This document shows, in pieces, positions 49,441 to 62,439 of a DNA stretch of 64,000 bases. Source of the DNA: Lama glama (Eukaryota); assembly GCA_028534125.1 (NCBI GenBank), contig CM052818.1:24368001-24432000 (forward strand). The letters run 5' to 3'. The stretch's first letter is position 1; each line of letters starts with the position of its first letter. The position numbers and the translations under genes are program-made. The notes beneath the pieces are model-generated. The model ran no database searches. It worked only from the letters and a program-made list of their open reading frames with translations, and was not told the DNA's origin.

Positions 49441-51054
49441 TTCCCTTCTTTCCTATTGCCACATCTTTGCATCAGTGCACATCACCGAGGGTTATTTTAA
49501 GGTGCAAACAATCCATCAGAATGTGACTTAACACACAGGCCTTATGTGTGCAGCAGATGGAACGATTTAACGGAGAGTCTCATTGGCACTTTGTGAAAGA
49601 CTTTCCAAAATGCCAACAAATGGTATTCTGAGAATTTGTTGTTGTCACCAGGATTACAGCATCATTTTTCACACTCCAATTATGTTACCTTTTTGCACAT
49701 TGGTTATCTTTATGTCTAGTTTTTCACTGAACTATCTTTAAACAGTATTACCCTGATTTTTCATTGAATTAGGGTGTGAAAACCAACAAACCCATACATT
49801 ATTACAATACATCCTAAGACTGTGTTCAAATACCCAAATAATGACTGGGAGGAGGGAGGGTAGGATCAGAAGTCAGTAATCAAATCTGGTAACTTCTTAA
49901 ACCTCATCTGTTAAATGGAAGTCCTTCAGGCTCTCAAGAGTCAGTAACCTTGGAATTTCAAGTGAACTTACTCAACCCAGTGTACTTCATTCATAAATAT
50001 ACTTGAAGATGCTGGGAACAGATTCTGAGAAAAATATAATCCAGTCCCTAGAAAAGTATACTGACCAAATCAACCAGGTTTATCCTCTCTAATGTTCCTG
50101 ACAAGGTAGTCTAGTTTTTTTTTTTGTTTTCTAAATCTATTTTATATTTGTGTATAAAAGTGTTTACAGAACATTCACTTTTTCCTTGACTCTGCATTTT
50201 CGTTCAGACTGACTATACTTATTGAAGTTCACAAATGGTTTAGGAATGGAATATGGAAATATTCAAGTTCCAAAGATTCTTTGTCAAATTAAAAGGAAAG
50301 CATACTTTCCCTCTAGAGAATTGAGTGGAATAAGGTGACTTAATGAGCTACATCTCCTTTTCATGGTAATCCATAACTGTATATTGATTTCAGAATCATT
50401 TTATTTGGCCCTTGTAATGATTTCATTATTAACAGTCTTGACTGCAGTGTATTTCAGTGACATCCTCATAATCCCTCCATCAGCCTTGGCCTAGACATCA
50501 CTAATAACCAGTCAGTTTGTGGAAATGTCAGTTCAGCTGGTAGTTTTATCAAAAGGAACTTTTTCTGAATTAATGATCACTTGGGTAAACTCTTGGCCTT
50601 TATAATTCTATAAAAGCACAATCTGATATCAATAAGTGTTTTATATTTATTAAACAGTTGAATATCAATGAACATTTGAATAGATATACGTAGTTTTGGA
50701 ACTTTTAGTTTATATTGAGGATTACGGACATTGCTGTTATTATCTGTATGGGAATTACAAATAATAATATAACAGTAGTGTCCATACCCACAGAAGTTGT
50801 CTTGACAACAGGAACTCAGATCTTGCAAGACTTTCAGGTGATGTCTTTTCCATGTAACTTTTGACTACGTTTTTAAACCTATGAACGTTTTTCTATACAG
50901 AAGTTTTATGGTATACTATTTACATTGGTCTAAGACTAGTGCACTTACTAGTCTTGGTTGCACACCTTCTGCTTATTCAGAAATTGGTTTGTTTTGGAGT
51001 TGAACAGTGGCAACAATAATGAAGTGTTTGTTAATCATATTATTAAGCTGATGA

Positions 51055-53140
51055 GCATCATATTAACCAACTCAAAAAGGAAAAAATATGTGATTATCTT
51101 AATAGATGCGGAAAAAGCAAGGACTAAATCCAACATCCACTCCTAATAAAGCTCTCAGAAAAACTAGGAATAGAAGTTCTTTAATCCTTTAATCAAGGAC
51201 ACACGTGAGAAACTTAAAATAACATCACACTTAACAGTGAAAGACTGAATGCTTTTTCTGTAAGATCAGGAACAAGGCAAGAATTTCTGATATCACTGAT
51301 TTTATTTAATGTTATCCTAGAAATTCTAGCCAGTGCAATAAAGGAAGGAAAAGAAAGACATCCAGCTTGGAAAGGCAGAAGGAAAAATCCGTATTCACAG
51401 ATAACATGATTGTCTATATTGAAAATCTGATCAAATCTACAAAAGTGAAACTCCTAAAACTAGTAAACTTTTAAAGTTTGCAGGGTGCAAGATCAATATG
51501 CAAAAATTAATTATATTTCTGTATACTAGCAATAAATGCAAATTGACACAAGGAAACCAGTACCATAAAAAATATAAAATGCTTGTGGTTAAATGTGACA
51601 AAAGATGGGCAAGACCTGTGTACTGAAAAGTATAAAATCTTGCTCCGAAAAAGTAAAGAAAACCAAAATAAATGAAGAGATGCACCTTTCATGAAGACTC
51701 AACATTTTAACGATTCCAATTCTTTCCAAATTGATCTAGAGATTCAACATAATCCCTACGAAAATCCCAGTAGGGATTTTTTTGTATGTAGAAACTGTCA
51801 AGTTGTCATATGGAATGCAAAAGACCTAGAATAGTTAAAACAACTTTGAAAAAGAAGAACAAACTTGGAGGGGTGATGCTACCTGATTTTGAGACTTATT
51901 TTTCAGTGGCAGTGGTTAAGATAGTGTGATAGAATCAAAAGATCAGTCAAACAAAATGAAGAGTATAGAGGCAGATCCACACATATATGAACAACTTTTT
52001 TAAAAACAAAAATGCAAAGGCAATTCAGCAAGGAACACATGTTGCCGGAAATATTGGATACCTATATGCAAAGGGAAAAATAAATTTTGGCCTGTACTAG
52101 GGAAGAAAATCTTTGAAACCTTAGGTGAGGCAAAGATTTCTAAAGTACCTCACCAAAAACATGATCTATGAAAGAAAAACACTGATCAAACGTAAACCTT
52201 CTATTCTTCTAAAGACACCTTTCAGTGAATGAAAGGACAAGCCAAATTGAAAGAAAATATTGGCAAACATTTTATCTAACAGAAGACTTCTATCCACAAT
52301 GTAGAAAGAATGCTCAAAATACAGCAGTTCGGAAAATGTGCCATAAAAATTGACGGAAGTTTTGAACAGACATTTCACTACAGAAAATATACAGATAACA
52401 AACCCATGAAAAGATATACCCAACATCACTAGTCACTAACAAAATGCAAATTATAACCACACTGAAAAATCACTGTGTACCAAATAGAACGGCTCCAGTT
52501 AAAAAGACCATAGCACGTATTTGTGAGAACTTCAGAGAGGGTCTGGAACTCCCCTATATGCTAGCTCAAGTACAAAATGGTATAATCAGTTAGGAGACAG
52601 TTTCTTAAGAAGCTAATCATACACTTAACATATCCAACCATTCTACTCCTTGGTATTTACCCAAGAGAAAAGAAAGCATATATCTATACGAAGACTTGTA
52701 CATCCAGAACCAACCCAGGTATCTATTAACAAGTGAATGAATAAACAAATTGTGGCATAGCCAAACCCTACAATACTGTTCAGGAATAAAAATGAACAAT
52801 TTTTATGTGCAACAACATGGCTGACTCTCCAAGTAATTATGTTGAATACAGGGAGCCAGACTCACCCCCACCAAAAAAGTACATAATGGATCATTCCGTT
52901 TTTGTAAAATTATTGGAAATTCAAAATAATCTATAGTGACAGGGAGATCAGTGGTTGCCTGGGAAGGGAACAAAATCGGCATACGAGGAGACTTTGGGGA
53001 GTGATGGATTGTTTATTATCTTGATTGTGGCAATAGTTTCACAGATACGTATTCCAAAACTAATCAGATTTGTGAAACTGAGCACTTTAAATATGTTCAT
53101 TTGATTGTATGTTAATGATACCTCAGTAAAGCTATTAAAA
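51055..53140 (+). mobile_element. old L1M (L1MD/L1ME-like), ~2.1 kb, decayed ORF2 reverse transcriptase plus 3' UTR
   Basis: KKYVIILIDAEKA (L1 ORF2 KNHMIISIDAEKA); VFTDNMIVYIENL at 51391-51429 (L1 LFADDMIVYLENP); multiple stops and frameshifts; ends cctcagtaaagctattaaaaa. Confidence 0.9.
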
Positions 53141-55589
53141 AACTGGAGCAACAGACCTTGAGAATATGAGAATAAACTGTGGAAAATTGTAAGATGTAAA
53201 ACTAACCTACATTTGTTATAGGTGGTAAAGTCTAACATTACATCCAACAAGCCACGATTCCAAATCTCAAAGTAAGAGCTTTTGATTCTGTTTATGGGAT
53301 AAGCTTGGTATGCAGTACTATCTTTTTTTTTTTTTTTTAATGAATGTGGTCCATTGGTTTTGGAATTAGAAGTCCATTCTTGAAAATACTTGTGAAATTT
53401 CCAGGAGACAGAGGGAGGCACTTCCTCTGTCCATGGTGAAAATAGTGCCTGTCACTGTTGCTCATGATGACGACCCTGGTAGTTTGAGCCGTTGTAACGC
53501 AGACACGATTTGTTCTTGTAGCTTTCAACCTCATGAATAAGCAAATGGAGTGATTCAAAGTACCCTATTAATACTTCCCTATGAGACAAGGGTAGGTAGA
53601 AACAAACTCAGCACATGTGCCCTTTAAAGGATGCTCCCATAAACTTTGCAACAAGGCAGGGGTGACTTGCATGTTTTAGATGTCAAGTAGAAAGCCTACA
53701 GCTTGAAGATGAATCCTAAACCATGAATTCTGTACTTAGCCTAGACAGAAGAGCCTGACGTAAGAAATCAAAAGGAGTGAAAAGGAGCTGTACCTCTTTG
53801 AGACAGGACATAGACGTAACGGCGGAAGAGAGGAGATAGGTCAGGACCCCGTGCCTTTGTTTCCTTTCACAAGCTTCCCTTTGTATTGATTTACATTTGA
53901 TGCAGAAGAGTCAAGTCCTTTCTGAGTTTCTGAAGATGGTAAAGGCACCTTGGTTTTATTTTTGTTATAGATTCTAAAAGATATTTTTGTGGGAACAAAT
54001 AACAATGAACCTGTTTTGCAATCACAATATTCAAAGCAAAGTCTATTTTTAACATTTTTAATTATATCAGTAATTTGTGTTCATTTCTTGAGAAAAATAG
54101 AAGACAAAGGTAAGAGGACAAAAACGAGACAAAACAAAAACTTAACATCTTCTCATAATTCCACTATGTCGGGATGTAAGTCTCAATATTTTGTGGATGT
54201 CCTTCCAGATGATTTCTGTATGTGTGTGTGTGCTTGTGCACGTGCGTGCATGTGATACAGAGTTCACACTGGAAATATTGTTCTATAACCTTCTTTTCTC
54301 TCAACCACAAGTTATCAGACTCTCCATTCGTGTTAAGAAGCATACATCTATACCACCATCTTGATACCTTCAACTTGTCTCATTCTGTGAATGGACCAAA
54401 AATAATTTAAACCAATTTCAAAGCTGCTAAGGTCCGTTTCTCTCTAATTTCCTTTTAATTTTTCTGAAGGAATGAAGATTTTTCTCTATATCACGATTCC
54501 AGCAGAAATTGATTAAAAAGCTATAATTCTGGGTTTTAAATGATGAAGTGCTTTTGGTGGCATGCCTTTTGGACTGAATTTTACAGTGCCTGTGGACACT
54601 GAGCACCCTTTACTGGTCCTGACGTGGTGTTTATGTGCATATTATGGGCATCACTGCTCTAATCACAGAACAGAATTAGACCTTTTCCACTGGCTGACCT
54701 CTTAGGGAAACTTATTCATTTCTTTCAGCTTCTGAACTGACAGATTGATGCTAATGTATGAAATTTATTTAAAATATAAAGGAACCTCACATGTTTAGAC
54801 AATTAACTAATAAGGGTGAGGTCAAAAGACACCAAATTTTTCTTTTAAGCTAATGTAAAAAATATCTTAAGACCTCCGGCTGGCTCTTGGATAGCGTGAA
54901 GGTGTGTGGCTGTAGATGCCTGCGAAGCTGTATTTTGATGCCAGTTTATGACTAAATCCAACTCTTGGGACTGTGGCAGTGAGCTGTGCACAGAATGTAT
55001 CCTACTGAGAGCGAAGGGACCGAGGAGGTAATCTTTAAGGTTTGTGAGCTTGGGAGGTCTCTTAGTCTCTCTGGGATTCAGGCTGTCCATTTTTTAAATG
55101 ATAGCTTGTAGAAGATAGCTCTAAGTTGTCCTCCAGTGCAAACATTCTGTGGTTCAGTGCCAGGGAACTCTGGAGCCCAGGCCTGAAGTCAGGACTGCTG
55201 CTACAGGCCCAGATACTGCATATCCCTGGCTGCTTGGCCTGCATCCCTGGCCACTGACCTCATCTCACCCACTGCTCTTTCTCTCCTATTTGGCCTCTCA
55301 CACTGCACTCAGGTCTTAACTCTTCCCCTTGGCCTTCTTTACCTTGTACTTTGTGTCCTCATTCCTCAGTTATGTCCTGCCCTTTGCTGCCACATCCCAT
55401 GGAGTTGACCCACGCCTGTTTGGTCCTCATAGCCCTTGGCCTGCACTATAAACATGCCGCCTGGGCTCATGGCATCCAAAGCTGGTCATGACGGTGAGTT
55501 GAATCTGTTCCAACTCTACATCTGGAAGAAAAGGAGATCTTTCATCCCAGCAGTCTTGTACTTGTAATTGCTGTAAAGATATTATTGCC

Positions 55590-55916
55590 AACACATGCTG
55601 CCTATGAACTTGAAAACATTATGCTAAGTGAAAGAAATCAGCCACAGAGGCCACATACATATGATTCCATATATATGAAATATCCAACATAAGCCAGTTC
55701 ACAGAGACAGAAAGTAGCTTAGTGATTGGCAGGGGCTGGGGGAGGGGGAAATGGCAGTGACTGGTAATTGGTACAAGGTTTCTTTTTTGGGTGGTTAAAA
55801 TATTCTGGAATTAGAGAGTGATGATGGTTGCACAACCTTGTGAATATACTAAAAGCCACTGAATTATATGCTTTAATAGGGTAGATTTTATGGTATATAA
55901 ATTACAGCTCAAAAAT
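55590..55916 (+). mobile_element. L1MB-like 3' fragment
   Basis: ttgaaaacattatgctaagtgaaagaa...gatggttgcacaaccttgtgaatatactaaaagccactgaatt. Confidence 0.85.
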
Positions 55917-56999
55917 ATTTATTGACTAAGTAAAACATTCAGGTAATCATTTATTTACACAGTATGAATTGCTTAGCCATTTGGGAATATTTCAATAACC
56001 AATTTCAGGGAGATGGTAGGGACCATGTAGGTACAGCCAAAAACACAGGTGCTTTTTATCTGGGTGCCTCCCAGAACCGGAAGTCCTCCCTGGGGAGGAG
56101 TTCCCCTTGATCACTGCAGAGAGCAGCAGGAGCTGCAGCAAATATCTGCAAACTTTATTCCTGGGTTGAAAATGTAGTTCTTGTCATTAAAACACATTAA
56201 AAACCACACCTTGGCTTAGACAGTAAATAGGGAAGAAGTGGGATTTTTGCCTGAAGTGCTCTCACTTTGGTATCCGTTCCCTCCAAAGCTAAATTCAGTT
56301 TTAAAAAGAAAGGAAACATCAACAATAACAAAAACAAGCTGGATTTCACTAGTGTTTTTTCCCCCTGCAAAAGTAATTGATTCAACTGGATATTTCACTG
56401 TTTTGTAGAGGAGTTTTAGGTTGAGTGAACATCGTGTCAGTATCTTCAGTTAGCTTTGGAGCCCAACTGCCCACAGGACCCAGTGCCCCAGATATTTGTG
56501 GGGAATATATTTTCCTATACAATTCCCCCAGGCAGGTTTATATCCCGTCATCTTACCTGCTGAGAGTCTGTCCTATTTTTAATGACCTCCAGAGAAAAGA
56601 TGTCTTCAAAGGGATGGGATGACAAAGCTTTTGCCCTCTGCAGCAATCCCAGTGGAGCTAATCAGCCAGGTGTCTGATCTCCATCAGAAATAATTGTGAG
56701 CCCAGCACACCTTTAGGGTTTTTTTTTTTTATTCCATTTTGATTTTTTTTCCAGCAGAGAAATTCCTTCTGCTTCCTGAGTGAATTTCAGCACTAGGATA
56801 TTAGTCAGGACTCCCACAAGTCCTGGTGGCTCAGGGCCTTACAGCATCCCTTCCCAAGTTCTTCCCCTTATTTGCTGCTCAGCAGAAATGATCCAGGCTC
56901 CCCCAAACTGAGGAGCCACTGGTTACTTTCATCACATGTTGCATCGGATGTATCCTGTGCCTCTTCCACTCCACCCTCTCTGTCTCTTGATGGCCAATT

Positions 57000-57150
57000 G
57001 GAGAGGCGTCTAGCTTGATCTGGTCCTTTTGCAGAAGAAGAAACTAAGATGAGGTAGACTTGTCCAGGATGATCCAGGAAGGTGGTGATTGATTGAGAAT
57101 CCAGATATTGAAGCTCTAGTTGGGCGGTTCTGTACAATGGCCATGCTGCC
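57000..57150 (-). mobile_element. MIR fragment
   Basis: ttttgcagaagaagaaactaag...gacttgtccagg. Confidence 0.55.
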
Positions 57151-57398
57151 ATTCTGTTTCCTATGATTCTACTTCGATTCTTTCTCCTTTCAACACAGGA
57201 AGAATTATTAAGATATTGTCACGGCAGCAAATCATGAAACTAGCGAAAGGCAAGTACCACAGAGGAAGAGCAACTTCCAAATGGGTTTCTTAGGCTTGAG
57301 AAACAAAGCACTTTTGAATTGTGTTTGTTCTGATTTGCATTACTTTATTTCATTATTTTATTTCTTTTTTTCCAAATCTTTCAGCCATTCTTTGGCTC

Positions 57399-57898
57399 TT
57401 TTATATTGAAGTATAGTTTATTTACAATGTTGTATTAGTTTTGGGATGTGCAGCAAAGTGACTCAATTATACATATACATATATATTCTTTTTCAGATTC
57501 TTTCCATTATAGATTATTACAAGACATTGAATATAGTTCCCTGTGCTATACAGTAGGTCCTTGTTATCTGTTTTATACACAGTAATGTGTACCTGTTAAT
57601 GCCAAACTCCTAATTTATCCCTCCCCCACCCTTTCCCCTTTGGTAACTGTAGTATGTTTTCCATGTCTGTAAGTCGATTTCTGGTTTGTAAATAAGTTCA
57701 TTTGTGTCATTTTTTTTTAGATTCCACATATAAGAGATATCATATGATGTTAGTCTTTCTTTGACTTTTTTCACTTAGTCTGATAATCTGTAGGTCCATC
57801 CATGTTGCTACAAATGGCATTATTCCATTCTTTTTTATGGCTAAGTAGTATTCTATTGTATATATATATACATATACACACCACATCTTCTTTATCCA
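57399..57898 (-). mobile_element. L1 3' region (cetartiodactyl-type)
   Basis: ttgaagtatagtttatttacaatgttg...gaatatagttccctgtgctatacagtaggtcc...ccacatcttctttatccat; short possible TSD ttggctc. Confidence 0.9.
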
Positions 57899-58389
57899 TT
57901 GGCTCAGAACTGGCAACTGGCTCTAGAGTTGGCTGCTCAGGACGTTACATTATCACAACCCAGTGCTGCCAGTGGCCACTAATGCAGACTGCAGCACTAA
58001 CTATCCACTTTCCCTCCTGGACAGTTCCAGAGCCTTCGCTGTTATCCCATGCCACTGAAAGGACAAACTCAATGGAAGAGGGGGAAGCTCCCTAAATTGA
58101 CACTTGTGAATTTGTTTCATTATTTGAACAAAGTGTGTTACCCGCCAGGTACTTCTGATAATCAGAAGCCTTGGCTGCCTGTGCTGAGAAACTGAACCAG
58201 AGACTGGAAACCCTCTAGGCAATTTCTAGTGCTAAAACCCAAAGAGGGTGTTATTAAAGGGCTTTTGGTTTTTAGTTGAATTATTTGTATCATGATTATT
58301 TCAATTTATGGACTGAAAAAGCCTTTATTACAGTAAATGTGGGCATACTCTTTATTAAACAAACAAACAAAAAAAATCAGAGATTAGTC

Positions 58390-58545
58390 TTCTGACTCAT
58401 CACAATATTCCTTCAGCCTAGATTGATGGAAAGTATTAGCTTCCCCATTCTCTAGATAGGAAAATGAGAGCCAAAATGTTGTTTCCCGGAGCCAACCATC
58501 CATGGAGCCTGGCCCTGACTTCAGACCTGCGGCTTTCCACTCCGT
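58390..58545 (-). mobile_element. MIR fragment
   Basis: attagcttccccattctctagataggaaaatgag...ctgacttcag. Confidence 0.5.
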
Positions 58546-59007
58546 GCGGGAGCCGGCACTAGGGCTAAAATTACGAAACCGTATTCGGAAAGGAAAGGTT
58601 TGCCATTATTTGGGCAAAGGCCTACAGACTTTGGCAATGGAACTGAGTGTCACACTTTCCTTTGGCAACTGTGAGTATTCCAGTCCAATCGGTATATAGT
58701 TCCAAGAACTTTCCCCGTGGGCCTATTTTTGGCTTCCATTTGCAGAATGTTACAGGATAATAACATCTACCACGTCCATGTCTAAAAGTTTGCACGGCAG
58801 TGTTCCATTGCTGCGCACCCCCTTCTCCGTCTCTCTCCTTTTTATGTGTCCTCAAATGCCCTTGCCCCTGGGGATTCTCCAATCAGACTTCTTGCTCAGT
58901 TTCACACTCACACTCTTCTGTCTTCCTTGCCTCCATATCCGAATACAATTTAAACTCCTTCAACTTGTGACCTCCGTTAAGTGAGCCCAAATGCTAACAG
59001 TACTTAC

Positions 59008-59236
59008 CTTCGCTCTACGATCTGATGCTCAGACCACAGCCCCACAGCTCGGCTCCTCGTCCCTCCATCCCATAAACGTGGACTCTCCCTGGCATCCGTC
59101 TTACTTGGTTCCCCAAGCTTATCTGCTGGCTGGCTGGCTGGCTGTGGATCCCTGGTCAGATGTCAGACGCACTTGTGTGGAAGCACGAGCATCTCAGAGT
59201 AAAAGGGGCCTTGGAAATGCATCCATCCTCACAAAC
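59008..59236 (-). other. candidate non-coding (lncRNA or UTR) exon
   Basis: Minus-strand acceptor tctttttccctacag|G at 59237/59236; donor AAG|gtaagt at 59008/59007; alternative donor CAA|gtaaga at 59105/59104; stop codons in all three frames. Confidence 0.3.
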
Positions 59237-59802
59237 CTGTAGGGAAAAAGACGCAGCTGCTCGAGAGCCTGCCTTGAGGTGAGCCCGGCTCCCAAATGCA
59301 CCATTCTGCTTGAATTCATTTACCGAGTTCTACGTACACACACTCTTTTGTGTCCTTTTCCGAGTGTGCATAGCATGTCAAAAAAGCAGTACAAACTTCC
59401 TTTTAAAAAATGTTCCTTATTATTGTAAGGGCCTCATTTTTCTTAGAAATAGTTACACTCCGTCTGAATTATTCTGTAAGATAAGCTGTCTTTCTTTCCT
59501 CATAACGAGCCTGGTAAATACATCCACGGAAATTCATTATGTCAGTGAAGTAGTTAATGTTTATCTTTGGCATCTGCAAGTGTCACTTCCTCTAGATGAG
59601 GCCAGAAAGGTAAATTGTTATCGTTACCAGGGAACATGAGGACATCGGCAGTTCATGTGTTTTTCTAACCAGCTTTACTTGAGCCCTTACTATGTGCCCG
59701 TGCTCATCACACACTCTGAAATGTTAGTGATCCTTTTTCCCGGCTCTGCAACTTGATCCTTCATTTCAGTTATTGATTTACATGTCTGTCTCCCTCCTAG
59801 AC

Positions 59803-60028
59803 CAGTGATTCTCAACCAGGGGCAATTTTGCCCCCCAGGGAACATCTGGCAATGCCCAGAGACATTTTTATTGCCACATCTGGGCAAGTGCTACTGATAT
59901 CTAATGGGTAGAGGCCAGGGATGCTGCTAAACACCTTTTAATTCACAAGAGAGCCGCCCCCTCCCCCCGCCCCTGAACAAAGAATGATCAGCACCAAATG
60001 TGACTAGCACTGAGGTTAAGAAACCCTC
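59803..60028 (+). mobile_element. MER20 hAT-Charlie element, essentially full length, inserted in an L2 tail
   Basis: cagtgattctcaaccaggggcaattttgcccccca...gaggccagggatgctgctaaaca...gaggttaagaaaccct; 8-bp TSD tcctagac / ccccagac. Confidence 0.9.
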
Positions 60029-60202
60029 CCCCAGACTATGTGCCTTGAGGGCAGGAACTGTGTCATGATCATCTTAGAGTGTCCACTAGGATCATCTTAG
60101 AGGTCCACTGTAGAAGGACCTCTGCCAAACGCTGGCAGTGATAATAAGGTTGAAATTGCAGGAATGCAAGACGAATAGGGTAAAGCCCCTTTCCTGGAGA
60201 TT

Positions 60203-60353
60203 TGCTACTCCTGTTTGGCCCTGGACCTGCAGAGTTACTGTCACCTGGAAAGTTGTTAGAACTGCAAGCCCTACTCCAGATCTGCTGAAACAGAATCTGC
60301 ATTTTAACAAAGTCTTCTGGTGATTCATACACATGTTAAAGTGGAGAAGCACC
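60203..60353. mobile_element. MER5A element
   Basis: tcacctggaaagttgttagaa...ctgaaacagaatctgcattttaacaaag...gtgattcatacacatgttaaagtggagaagcac. Confidence 0.8.
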
Positions 60354-62184
60354 AACCCAAAGGCCACCTAGCCACAGCTGGTGACCCAGACAAAACAAGG
60401 CAGAACCCATGGACTAGAAGGCTGTGGTGGTGATGAACCAGCAGACACTTGTAGCACAAGGAAAAGGGTAGGACAAGACTCTGCGCAGCCCATGTCAAAG
60501 CAGAAGGCTGCCAGGCAGCGCCAAGGAGGCTGACAGTGGGAAAGGACAGGCCGCATGCCAAACCTGGGAGAGGCCAAGGCTCTGAGACTGCGGGGGTGAG
60601 AGGCAGCAGCCCAGACTGGCTACAGGCCGTTCATTCCATTGTCTGGGTGGCTCGAGTTCATTAGGGGAATCGAGTTACTCGGAATCCTTATACAATAGCG
60701 CGCAGTCCTTCCAGGACTTGATAATGTGGTAATTAACAAGGGGATTCCAGGAATGCCTTGGATTTGAGTTCTGTCTGTAGCAGACTGATACGTCTGGAAT
60801 CTGGATACTGAAAATCGCTAGTCCAGCATCCTGCCCGTGATTTCCTTCACGAAGGATCACATGGATTGAAAATTGGAGCAAAAGGGCAAATACAAACCAG
60901 AGGAAGGAAATCTCAGAGGACTCCGTTCCTGATAGCATTTGTCAGGTTTCCTAGAGCCCTTCTGTGTTTGCCTGTTGTCAGGATACTACCACTGCATCTC
61001 TCATAAAGGTTATGAGAGCTATTAAAGGACTTTGATTTGTGCACTGGTTTGAAAGCTGCTGGAGTTTTTTTAGGGAGCTCTTGACTTAACCAAGCTCTCT
61101 TGGTCAAATACATCTTGCTGTTCAGGGTTCTGGTGACACCCTAACAGTGGCCTGGAACATTTCACTTGCTCTGGAAGGTGAAGGAGGGTTGTCAGCTGCC
61201 CAGACTGTGGTTGGACGGACAGCCCTGTCCCTTAGCACAGTAACTGGTCTTCACTCCCTCCCCAGATTAGCTTCCGCCATTGTCTCTGTCTCAGACTTAT
61301 CTCAGACTTGAACAGGAGGTCTGGAAAACCCAGAATCCCTTCCTGTTGTTAAAAAGACAAGTTGCTTCATCTTCTGGGAACTCACCAGTGAGTTCCCCAG
61401 AGTATGTGTTTATAGCAAATTATGCTTCTGAATGGTTTCCATGACTTCCTTTCAGATTATGACCAGGCTTTGCACAGGAAGTCGTTACCACATGTGCTTT
61501 TCTCTTCCTCCCACACCTTTAGGAGCACAAATGTAGGCCACCAGATACTAGAGATCCCCCAAACTTGAGATGGTTCAAGAAAGGCAAAGCCGAGTTAGTA
61601 CAGCATCTTTTGACATGGCTGCACTTGCCAGAACTCGGTGTACACTGCCTATGCAGTCCATCTTACACTGAAAATATCAGTCGGTGCCTAAACAGTATCT
61701 CCTCCTTCCACTCCCCCAGCCCTAGTGTTTGGCCCCCTGAGAACTCTGTCCACTGATGAGACTCTGAATGTGATGAGCAGGTTTGCAGCTAAGCAGGTAA
61801 TGACACTTGAAGTAAAATTTCATTCTTTTTGGGAAAAGTTCTTTCCTGATGTTGGGAGGATGGGGGAGTCTGGAACGGTGCAAAATTTTTAAACTGGAAC
61901 AACATAGCATCGTGGGGTCAGCTGAGAATTACACTTCTGGAAACAGCCACTTGTCCCAAATAAATCAGATTCTGACAGGGTGTAGTCACAGTACACAGAT
62001 TCACTTAGTGTTGCTGGTGCTCACCGTATACAAGAAAGGGAGAAATTGAAAACGCCTGATTGGTTTTGCTTCTTTTGGATGTTGAGATCTCCATGGACTC
62101 CCAAAGCTAGGCAGACAAGCACTTTTCAGATCCTCTGGCCCACGTTCAGAATTTTCTGGATAAAGAAACAGAGACTTTGAACGA

Positions 62185-62435
62185 CAGAGTAGCCTAAAGG
62201 TCTTACTTTTGGATGTTGGATTCTTACTTATGTTCTATTACTAACCTAGCCACTAACTAGCTTTGTGGTCCTGGGCAAGTTATACCAACTCCCCTGAACT
62301 TAGTATCTTTATCTCTAAGAAGGGGCCTCATGACATCTAGTTTATAGGGTTATTCTAAATCTTAAAAGGAATAATACGTGTAAAGCACTTAGCAAATTCT
62401 TAACATGTAGAATGCAATGAACAAAGCTTATCACT
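62185..62435 (+). mobile_element. MIR SINE
   Basis: gccactaactagctttgtggtcctgggcaagtta...aatacgtgtaaagcacttagc. Confidence 0.8.
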
Positions 62436-62439
62436 ATTT

